Shown: positions 1 through 9,191 of the stretch, piece by piece | How positions within the stretch are numbered: position 1 is the stretch's first letter | How the letters are laid out: the number at the start of each line of letters is the position of its first letter | Assembly (NCBI GenBank): GCA_002269645.1 | Contig: NIVC01001498.1 | Coordinates: forward strand, 124,001 to 188,000 | Origin: Macrostomum lignano | Taxonomy: Eukaryota | DNA: 64,000 bases | Direction of reading: 5' to 3' | Program-made: the position numbers and the translations under genes | Notes under the pieces: model-generated | The model's input: only the letters and a program-made list of their open reading frames with translations | Told to the model about the DNA's origin: nothing | The model's database searches: none

Positions 1-1189
1 TTGAGAGTAGGATAGGGTGAGATCGAGAGAAGGATAGGGTGAGATTGAGAGTAAGGATAGGGTGAGATTGAGAGAAGGATAGGGTGAGTTTGAGAATAGG
101 ATAGGGTGAGATTGAGAGTAAGGATAGGGTGAGTTTGAGAGAAGGATAGGGTGAGATTGAGAGTAAGGATAGGGTGAGATTGAGAATAGGATAGGGTGAG
201 ATTGAGAGTAAGGATAGGGTGAGATTGAGAGTAAGGATAGGGTGAGATTGAGAGTAAGGATAGGGTGAGATTGAGAGAATGATAGGGTGAGATTGAGAGT
301 AAGGATAGGGTGAGATTGAGAATAGGATAGGGTGAGATTGAGAGTAAGGATAGGGTGAGATTGAGAGTAAGGATAGGGTGAGATTGAGAGAAGGATAGGG
401 TGAGATTGAGAGTAAGGATAGGGTGAGATTGAGAGAAGGATAGGGTGAGATTGAGAGTAAGGATAGGGTGAGATTGAGAGTAAGGATAGGGTGAGATTGA
501 GAGTAAGGATAGGGTGAGTTTGAGAATAGGACAAAGTGAGATTGAGAGTAAGGATAGGGTGAGATTGAGAGAAGGATAGGGTGAGATTGAGAGTAAGGAT
601 AGGGTGAGTTTGAGAATAGGATGGGGTGAGATTAAGAATAAGGATAGGGTGAGTTTGAGAATAGGATAGGGTGAGATTGAGAGTAAGGATAGGGTGAGAT
701 TGAGAGAAGGATAGGGTGAGATTGAGAGTAAGGATAGGGTGAGATTGAGAGAAGGATAGGGTGAGATTGAGAGTAAGGATAGGGTGAGTTTGAGAGAAGG
801 ATAGGGTGAGATTGAGAGAAGGATAGGGTGAGATTGAGAGTAGGATAGGGTGAGATTGAGAGTAGGATAGGGTAAGATTGAGAGTAGGATAGGGTGAGAT
901 TGAGAGTAGGAAACGGTGAGATTGAGAGATTAGGATAGGGTGAGATTGAGAGTAGGATAGAGTGAGATTGAGAGTACCATAGGGTGAGATTCAGAGCAGG
1001 ATAGGGTGAGATTGAGAGTAGGATAGGGTGAGATTGAGAGAAGGATAGGGTGAGATTGAGAGTAAGGATAGGGTGAGATTGAGAGTAAGGATAGGGTGAG
1101 TTTGAGAATAGGATAGGGTGAGATCGAGAATAGGAAAGGGTGAGATTGAGAGTAGGATAGGGTGAGATTGAGAGCAGGATAGGGGTGAG
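1..1189. repeat. 22-23-bp minisatellite (GAGATTGAGAGTAAGGATAGGGT)n, probably intronic, truncated by the window start
   Basis: Visible tandem periodicity, ~50 copies; ends ~60 nt upstream of an acceptor AG at 1252-1253. Confidence 0.95.
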
Positions 1190-1253
1190 ATGAGATATGA
1201 GATAGACAGCAGGCACTCGGTAACTAATTCATCCAATTGCCACCCGCAAACAG

Positions 1254-1593
1254 CGAGTTCAACAGTTTCACTCTGTGCGTCAAGAACGGCCCAGTGGAGC
1301 AGCAGAAGTCGCAGTCGCAGCAGCAGCGAGGAGCCGGAGTCCAACAGATCAATGTACAGCCGCAGCGACCTCCGCCGAGTCGGCAGCCGAGCAAAATTCG
1401 CGACCCATTGTCCGGCATACCATTCGAACTCAGCCGACGCTGGGGCGGGAACACCAGCTCCGAAGCGGCCACGATTGGCGGTTTTAATTTAAATGAAATT
1501 GTTATCAAGTCGCCAGAACAAATTGAAGCAGAGTACGCTTATCGATTCTCGCTCGAGCGTCAGGTGTGCGAGCAGTCGCTAATGGAGGGCTGA
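1254..1593 (+). CDS. UMAD1: Terminal coding exon of a UMA-domain protein (UMAD1/UBAP1-MVB12-associated, ESCRT-I related); upstream exon(s) outside the window
   Basis: Branch-like TAACTAAT (1221-1228) then CAG acceptor. Translation ends DPLSGIPFELSRRW...YRFSLERQVCEQ, resembling from memory the UMA motif LSDVPFTL...YDFTLENSVL at the UMAD1 C-terminus. Stop TGA at 1591-1593. Confidence 0.6.
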
Positions 1594-1761
1594 TTATAAA
1601 TGAATTCAGCTGTCTTAAAATGTCTTAAAAATTGATATTTTGAAAGGCACTTCTTTAAACAAGAAACACAAACTCACTCAACAATTGTTAACATTTTTTG
1701 TGTATCACCAACTTCGATAAGAGTGACTGGGTTTAGCCAACCAACATCGAGTAGTTGCTTT

Positions 1762-2085
1762 TAGCTGCGTACATTCTCGGATTCCCTGGAACTGGGGTGG
1801 GGTGGGGGCTCCAGCCAATGAGCGATAAGGGGCTTCTCTTATCTTAGTCTAGCTGTACATTCTGGGATTTTCTAGAACTAGGGTGGGGTAGGGTGGGGTC
1901 TCTAGCCAATGAGCGAAAAGGAGTTTCTCTTATCTTAGTCTAGCTGTACATTTTCGTATTCTCTGGGGTGGGGTGGGGTCTCTAGCCAATGAGCGATGAG
2001 TTTCTCTTATCTTAGTCTAGCTGTATATTCTAGGATTCTCTAGGGGTGGCTTTAGCCAATGGGTGATAAGGAGCGCTTCTTATAT
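1762..2085 (+). promoter_or_regulatory. Four degenerate 70-91-bp tandem units carrying AGCCAATG (NF-Y-type CCAAT box), GGGGTGG(GG) and GATA-type motifs
   Basis: AGCCAAT at 1813, 1904, 1984 and 2054; shared flanks TAGCTGTACATT and CTCTTATCTTAGTC. Confidence 0.4.
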
Positions 2086-3276
2086 GTAAAAAAATTTGGA
2101 GAACTATTTTATTATTTGCACGTGACTGTGTGGATAATATTACTGTTGTAAAACTTTGATGCTTAATTTGACTCTGGACTACTCTGCACTCGGTGTAAAT
2201 ACGATATGCAATTTTGAGTACTATAATAATCAGTTATATTTATTATGCTATGCGTTCGATTCGTACCTCGATGTCGTTCTCAAAGTTTACAGTTAATTAT
2301 ACCGCACATCTAAAACTTTTATAAATCAATGATCATAATTATTGAATAAATTTGGTAGATTTATAAAATGGTAAATACTATGTAATTCCAACTTTCTTGT
2401 CGTCGATTTTACACCATTAGAGCTTTATTAATGCATTGCTCTTTATTGCTTATCAATCGTGCCAAACGATAGAATTCTAATTTTATGAGAAGCTGTCATT
2501 GTGAATTGACGAATTCTCTTCAATTTCTCAATTCACGCTTTGTCACGCAGCCGTTCAGCTGTTGTGGGCAGCTGATTAAATACTCTCTTACTTGGTTTGC
2601 TGAGCGAAAAATCTGTGACAGCTTCTTCAAGGAAAGAAATAAAAATTCGATTGCAAAATATTGTAGAAAATTGGCTATGGGAGAAAAATTAGCATTTTCA
2701 GTTAATTTAAGAAGTCGTGCATTCGATTCAAGATACGGCCAAGCGGTATTTAACCCGCGCTTCCACGATTGTCTATGACCGAAACCGTGTATTGAGAAGA
2801 GCATTGACTTTGAGACATCGAACAGTTGAAGCCGCCAGACATTAAACTCAGAGCCATTGGACAAGATTGTGTAGTTTGTGACGCATGCAGAAAGTCTGCA
2901 ACTTTGACTAAACCTTCAGAACTCGTATGTGCTCAATCATGTTTTCACGGGCCAAACAGCGAGGCAAGGACAGAGTGATCCACTCCAGAGTCTCTGCAGT
3001 ACCATGGAACGCCAACCCTGTAGATTGATTTCGTCCCGTGGACTATACAACTTTATTAGCATCTGCTGCATGTCTGTCTCTTAATTCATGCTGAGTCCGT
3101 GTCTGTGCCATAGACGGTGTTTAACCATAGACGAAAGTAGAAACTTTAAATGCGATTGGCAATGCCTTACATGAGTGCTCGAATTCTTAAATAAAATCTT
3201 CAATAAAAATGCTATATTAGTATACCTGTGCTGATATATTGGGGTCATAGATCTTTTTAACGATTACAGTTATAAA

Positions 3277-3518
3277 TCTATAATTTTTAGCGCCGAGCCG
3301 CAGGCAGACATTCATTTTGGCACCATAGGCACTCCTTTTTTCGCCGCAGGTACTCATTTTTGCGTTACAGGTAGACATCCATTTTAGCGCTGCAGGCACT
3401 CATTTGCCAAATATTACAAGGGAAATTGCTAAATAGGATAAGGCAAATGGGTTCCAGATAAATAACCTTCGTTCCTTGCCTACACGTATTTTTTGGCCGC
3501 CCCGAAGGGGGGGGCTAG
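3277..3518 (+). mobile_element. Putative non-autonomous Helitron-like element
   Basis: Starts A|TCTATA; internal short repeats GCAGG(C/T)A(C/G)(T/A)CATT; ends with a GC-rich hairpin CCCC-GAA-GGGG followed by CTAG|T (3515-3519); no TSD, as expected for Helitrons. Confidence 0.35.
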
Positions 3519-3935
3519 TATACATGTAAATCTATAATAACGTTTTTACCTGATAGAGTAACGTTTATTAAGCACCATCAATCTATGTACAATGTACATC
3601 GTATAAGTAAAAGAGTGATGACGTCACACTTGGAAATGAACCCGTGGGTTGTCGTGCATAAATTATTCAGAGGTCCGTTTATCCAGTGACTATACATGTA
3701 TTATGATACTATTAGTAGTATAGCTGCCGATATAGATTCCGTCTGCATAGATTGGACTGCAGGGCCATTCAGAATGCCCAACGAATCACAGTTAAGGATT
3801 TTTATATTCGATAAAATTCAGCTTTGTGCATGATATATACGGCTGAAATACACAGCTGTATTTGAAGCAAATCGAGAGTGTTGGATCGTCCATTTTGGTA
3901 ATATTTTCTTAGAAAGCCAATCAATCATCATAACC

Positions 3936-4585
3936 ATGATGTCGCTAGCTGGAACAAATCGATCCTGGAAGCTGCTGATTGTAGCTCTCTGTGCTGCTTG
4001 TCTGATCGAGTTCGGAGACTCTCATGCTGGTAGGTCTTTGTTCAAGAAAATGGACCATGCGTTTTTTCTAAAAAAGCTTTGTATCAAGTTTGACTGAGCA
4101 GAAAATTTTCTCACTAGACGATTTGTAATTTACGTTTCAGTTTGTTCCGACCACATCAATTTGCACTACTGCTACTCGTGTGAGTACTTCCATACTTGTA
4201 CATGGTAATGTGATGCTCTAGTTGTTTTTTAGTCATTTAACTCGCGGTCGAAATACTTCGCAGGGAATGTTAAACGAGCTCTGAAGAGCGCTGTCCATGA
4301 CTCCCAGGGCTCGCTAGATGAGCCGATGACAATTGGAAACCAGGTAGACCTGCAACACCTGCTATTAGCCAGACTCAAGGCTTACAAACGCCTGGTAAGT
4401 GATGTCTCTATTAATAGTCTTTACCTATTAAGACGAAGACAACGATAACCACCACATGGCCAATCCCACAGGATCCAATATGGCCGCTGTCTTATGAGTT
4501 GCAAGTTGCACCGTATGAGTTTGATGAGACGGCAATGCAAGATGAAATCGAACCTGGGACGACTAACGGAATTGGCTCGCGTTAA
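3936..4585 (+). CDS. Secreted neuropeptide precursor, 125 aa, 4 exons (3936-4029, 4141-4179, 4264-4394, 4472-4585); cyclic C-x8-C peptide with elevenin/L11-like architecture
   Basis: Three GT-AG introns (donors GTAGGT, GTGAGT, GTAAGT; CAG acceptors) with matching phases 1,1,0. Product: MMSLAGTNRSWKLLIVALCAACLIEFGDSHA-VCSDHINLHYCYSWNV-KR-ALKSAVH...AY-KR-LDPIWPLSYE...GSR*. AATAAA at 4611 and 4681. Confidence 0.8.
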
Positions 4586-5100
4586 GAAGACTGAGAGTTA
4601 CAGAGAATGGAATAAACCAATATTTTTGAGAAGTAAATCTGGTGTAATTCGATCAACTAATTATCGTTTGTTAGAGAACGAATAAAATCGGATATGAACT
4701 ATGAGTAGCGCTGTTGCAAAAAATACTGTTTGGTTTCTTTACCTACTAGTAGCAAGTGTATCACTACTCGTAAAGTTGGCAGTCTATTTTACTTTATCAA
4801 TCAGCACAATCTATCTATCAGCATAGATAAAGGTCATACAAAGGACGGGCTGAAATCGCTATTGTAAGAATGGGTGACTGCCACAGACAAGAGGCTTATT
4901 TCTTATTTTGATCGATTTTTAACAAGTTGTAACAAGTTCTAAATGCTGTTGCTCATTAACGGAAGCGCCAATCGAAAAAAAATGCAGGAAACAAAACTTA
5001 TGAATGTTGACTATCAGCATGTGCAGTTGCTAGGAAACAGGAGACAGTTTTGTACGGCAGTTTTGGATTAAAATTCGACCTGTTACATTTGCACTATGAG

Positions 5101-5660
5101 ACAGATGAGACTCGGGCGGAGGGGTAGAGATTCAAATATCAACGTACATTTCGATAGGCCTTCATGCCCACAGACGAGGATCAGACGAGAGAGGGGTAGA
5201 GATTCAAATATCAATGTACATTTCGATAGGCCTTCATGCCCACAGACGAGGATCAGACGAGAGAGGGGTAGAGATTCAAATATCAATGTACATTTCGATA
5301 GGCCTTCGCTTCATGCCCACAAACGAGGATCAGACGAGAGAGGGGTAGAGATTCAAATATCAATGTGCATTTCGATAGGCCTTCATACCCACAGACGAGG
5401 ATCAGGCGAGGGAGGGGTAGAGATTCAAATATCAATGTACATTTCGATAGGCCTTCATGCCCACAGACGAGGATCAGACGAGAGAGGGGTAGAGATTCAA
5501 ATATCAATGTACATTTCGATAGGCCTTCATGCCCACAGACGAGGATCAGGCGAGGGAGGGGTAGAGATTCAAATATCAATGTACATTTCCATAGGTCTTC
5601 ATGCCCACAGACGAGGATCAGGCGAGGGAAGGGTAGAGTTTTAAGTATCAATGTACATTT
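5101..5660. repeat. 72-bp tandem repeat, ~7.5 copies
   Basis: GGGGTAGAGATTCAAATATCAATGTACATTTCGATAGGCCTTCATGCCCACAGACGAGGATCAG recurs every 72 nt (t5125, t5197...). Confidence 0.95.
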
Positions 5661-6482
5661 GGCTAGACCCCGACTATAAATGAATGTTTCTGTAAATTGC
5701 ACTGGCTAAATCTATTGGAATAAAGAAATAACACAGAAAAAGACATTCGGTTATTTTATAAAATGAAATCACTAATGCAAACGGAGCTATTCTAAATGAA
5801 ACTTATATTTATCATTTTTTCAGAGAAGGTCAATTCACAAGGCCATCATATTCTTATCTGATCAGATCCCATTCTGACGTCATTAACTGAGACCAAGAGG
5901 GACCTACCGTATATTCAGACGTTTTAATCTATACACGATAAAACGAATGCAATGCACAGAATGGATTATTTTAACGAAACAAAAATACTTCCCCAGATAT
6001 GTACACAAGAGAAAATTATTAGTAAGCAAAAATTCATAGAAATCTCTTCATTCAATTAACATAGAAATGATAAACATTTTAATCCTTTATTTTTTTTTAT
6101 GAAAATGAAAGCAAAGAAAATTCGTGGATTGCTACTTCTACTAAGTAGCAAGATGTTGCACTCTTTACCTTCTGGACTCCTGGATATATAGTCAATAAAG
6201 TTAGTGTAAGTGTCAGGTATTAAATGTACTCGTAATACCATTCAGAAACAAATTTTAATTATTGGGGCCAAATAAATAAATTGTTCTGTTTTATTACGCC
6301 CACTACGACTGTATCTCTTGGGCGTATAGAATGCGGTTTTGTCGGTCATAGACAAAACACTTCTCAACCAATAGGAACCCCAGATTTCATTTGACTATTA
6401 ATGTTTTTAGTATCCGTGATTTGACAGACGAGCAAGCAGTGCAAGCAACCAAGGATGAGTAACTAACTACGGGTAGACAAAA

Positions 6483-6974
6483 TCAGACATTGAAACTTTC
6501 GCCGCAACCGCAGGTACCTTTAGCGTTGGGATTATAGAAGACAAACTCGCTAACTAGCGGACCCTTCACGTAGTCCATCTCTGTGCCTAGCAGTGTGAGC
6601 TGAGCCTTCCGATCGATGTAGACCGTCACCCCGTCCTGTTCAACCGTCTCGTCCATGGCCGCTTTCTCGCTGGCATAGTCCAGCGTATACGACAGTCCAT
6701 TGCATCCTCTTGTTCTGACGCCAATTCTCAACGCTTTAGCTGAACCGTTGGATTCGGCCAGTGCAGCTTTGACTCGATCAACAGCCGCTTGGGTGAGGGT
6801 TAGCGGCGATCGGGTTGGTCGGAAATTCGGCCCACGACCGGGTATTACTGTGGCCGATAGGCCAGAAGCCAAGCATCGGATAGTTTGCTGCTGATGAAAT
6901 AGCGAATTGGCTGATAGGGCTCTGCACAGGCCGACAAGCCTCAGTGATGATGATGCAACCCGATGTGGCAGCAT
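6483..6974 (-). CDS. ISCA1: Iron-sulfur cluster assembly 1 homolog, mitochondrial (A-type Fe-S carrier), single exon, 163 aa
   Basis: Conserved RTRGCNGLSYTLDY, GTEMDY and C-terminal CGCGESF motifs; Arg/Ser/Leu-rich N-terminal presequence. Confidence 0.97.
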   Translation of the reverse strand: MLPHRVASSSLRLVGLCRALSANSLFHQQQTIRCLASGLSATVIPGRGPNFRPTRSPLTLTQAAVDRVKAALAESNGSAKALRIGVRTRGCNGLSYTLDYASEKAAMDETVEQDGVTVYIDRKAQLTLLGTEMDYVKGPLVSEFVFYNPNAKGTCGCGESFNV

Positions 6975-7213
6975 TGACGTATTGTGTTTTTAGCTAGAAT
7001 TGGCCAGCAGTAAAGTTTTATTGCAAGAATTCATTAGTAAAACGAAAGTTTCAGTTGAAAAATAAGTGGAAAAGTGGAATACTAGTAAGAACTGATTTAT
7101 TTTCAATCACTATAGACGAGTAAAGTACGTGTATTTATTGATCTGTTTTATCTCTTCTGTATAGTAAAGAGTACTACTGAGTACATGCGAAATCAATTAT
7201 ACGAAGTCAGATT

Positions 7214-7408
7214 TCAAGCTTCCTGAGTATCATTATTCCCATCGGCTTCGGGTTCTTTTAGCACAAATCTATCATCGAGAGCTCCAGCTATGCTCATTTC
7301 AATACCGGATAGAACGCCGTGCCAAACAGTTTCAAAGCTTAGTGCGCTGACTAATAATAGAGCCACGACAACCGCCGACAGAAGCAAAATTAGCAGACAG
7401 TGGTACAT
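7214..7408 (-). CDS. Possible small secreted or single-pass protein (64 aa from the second Met)
   Basis: MYHCLLILLLSAVVVALLLVSA hydrophobic leader followed by an acidic tail; no recognised homology. Confidence 0.3.
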   Translation of the reverse strand: MYHCLLILLLSAVVVALLLVSALSFETVWHGVLSGIEMSIAGALDDRFVLKEPEADGNNDTQEA

Positions 7409-7639
7409 TATTACGCTTCTAAAATCGGCTAGCGGAAGACGCCGGTGCATCAGATGCCTTGAGAAAGATTTTGTTACAGTGGTTGATCACGTTTTGAATT
7501 ATGGTTGCTTGTTTGGTAACCTTGCCACATGTACATTGTAAAGTGTTCTCCTTCTCTTGTAAATTTTCAAGCATAAAAATTCCGATCAATTAGCATATCT
7601 AGCTGGTAAAAGTTGAAAGCTGGTAAGCATAGTAAAAAT

Positions 7640-7881
7640 CAGGGATCGGCAAACTTTTTTATCTTAGGGGCCAGATAGACAATCAAGCGCATGACTGCGG
7701 ACCAGAGAAGGGGAGAGAGAAAGAAAAGAGAGGCGAGGAAATAGAGGAGAAGAGGAGAGACGAAATAGAAGAGATGAGAAGAGACACAAGCCTTGAGCGA
7801 ACTGGATTGCTATTGTGAAGTTTCAAAGGACCCGAGATCCGGGATAGAGAGGCTTCGTGGGCCGGAGTTTGCCGATCCCTG
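7640..7881. mobile_element. 242-bp MITE with perfect 16-bp terminal inverted repeats, hAT-like
   Basis: CAGGGATCGGCAAACT (7640-7655) and AGTTTGCCGATCCCTG (7866-7881); GA-rich interior; no matching 8-bp TSD seen. Confidence 0.7.
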
Positions 7882-7926
7882 CGGCCTGGTCTAGATTGTT
7901 GGAGTAATGGTGCTAAAATATTTGGT

Positions 7927-9191
7927 TTAGTGACTTGGCTTAGAAATGAAAATTAGGCTTCTATACGAGCGTATAATGGAGAACACTTTACATATTTCTA
8001 AATTCAACCAAAAAATCCCAGATGAAATGATGACTAACACAGTCGCCTTCCCTGCTGTTGTCGATCGTTTTAACCGTTGTTTAGCGCATTCAGGACTAGC
8101 AAACCGACTGTTAAATTGACCAGCTCGACACGGCTGACAAGGCGACACGCCGCCGGGCGAAAATTCATTGGGCAAACAGGGTTGACAAACTGACAGACCA
8201 GCGTAACTAGCCGCAGCGTGACCTGGTGGACACTGCGTCACCGCTGCAGACTCACGATTGATTGGCAACGGTGGTAACAAAGTCATCAAGTGAAATATCG
8301 ATGAGATATCACCGCTGCGACTATAGACGCAAGCCAGAATTCCATTTAAGAGATTATTGTAACTGCAAGTGGAGTTCGCGTTAGACGACAATTCAGATAT
8401 CGCTAGCACAGGCTTGAGTAGAAAGAGTCTGAAAGACGCTACATTCGCAAATTATACTAACTCGGAAACTCGGTTTTTACTGCAAACTGTTCACTCAGAA
8501 ACACCCCAAACCAATGGTCAAAAAGTAACCTTTAATCCAACTCTAGCCATAATTGCACTGACCTGGGAATTACTTGGGGCTCTGAACTCAGAGAAAAGTC
8601 GACCACTGGTTTCAGAGTGGAGCCTTTATCCACAATCCTTTATTCAAAAGTTCCACTTAAAGTTCGAAAAAAGTATTCTCAAGATCGGCAAGTTTTGCAA
8701 TTGTAGCGTCCTGACTTCCTAAACTTTAAGCGAAAGACACAGACGGGTTTTAAAATGTCCCACCTGAGGCCATTTTTATCGCTAAAGCTGCTGATGTTGC
8801 TCGACTTAACAACAATAGAACCTCTGTTGCGGTAGACACCATCGTCTAATAATATGCGAAACGCGCTACTACTACTGTTATTCGTAGTAGTACGATGCGA
8901 CAGAGACCAGCCGTTGCTATCGAATATAATTTTAGTCAGAGAATCTGTATCGCCAAAGTACCAATCAATTTGTAGGTTTTTTCTCTTATTTGCAGATACA
9001 CTAATCGGCGATTCGCAGACTAAGGTTCGCTCTTGTCCAACTGATAGTAGCGTGATGCGCGCTTTACTGTAATCTTTGATGGTAATCGAGTCCTCGACAG
9101 TAAACTGGATAGCGGGATACGGCTCCAACGGTACAGTAGCCCAGCCAGCAGGAATAACAAGATTAAGAATGCTCAGCAGCAGTAGAAACAT
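7927..9191 (-). CDS. Uncharacterised type-I membrane protein: signal peptide, Ig-like domain, Cys-rich ephrin-receptor/GCC2-GCC3-like repeats, RLKR site, TM; model exons 9191-8764 and 8428-7927 (~309 aa; alternative ATG at 9257)
   Basis: MFLLLLSILNLVIPAGWA leader; LVC...DWYF Ig core; CPPGH...CQPCLPNEFSPGGVSPCQPCRAGQF repeats; phase-2 donor CAG|GTGGGA matches acceptor CTTTCAG|A. Confidence 0.55.

Noticed and set aside
2814-2978. Plus-strand frame with C-x2-C-x2-C-x13-C-x3-C, loosely like eclosion hormone; also the minus-strand ORF 2520-2864
   Set aside because: The spacing differs, the sixth Cys is missing, and I could not link a signal-peptide exon or start codon.
5101-5660. Regularly spaced repeats as a possible CRISPR array
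   Set aside because: The units are contiguous full-length copies with no unique spacers; eukaryotic context and no cas genes.
8429-8763. Alternative 45-nt intron giving KSGRYNC, and protein-like text with TAA/TAG downstream suggesting stop-codon reassignment or a pseudogene
   Set aside because: All frames hit stops after that splice. A single 335-nt phase-compatible intron explains the gene, and the long ORFs in this window use the standard code with no in-frame TAA/TAG.
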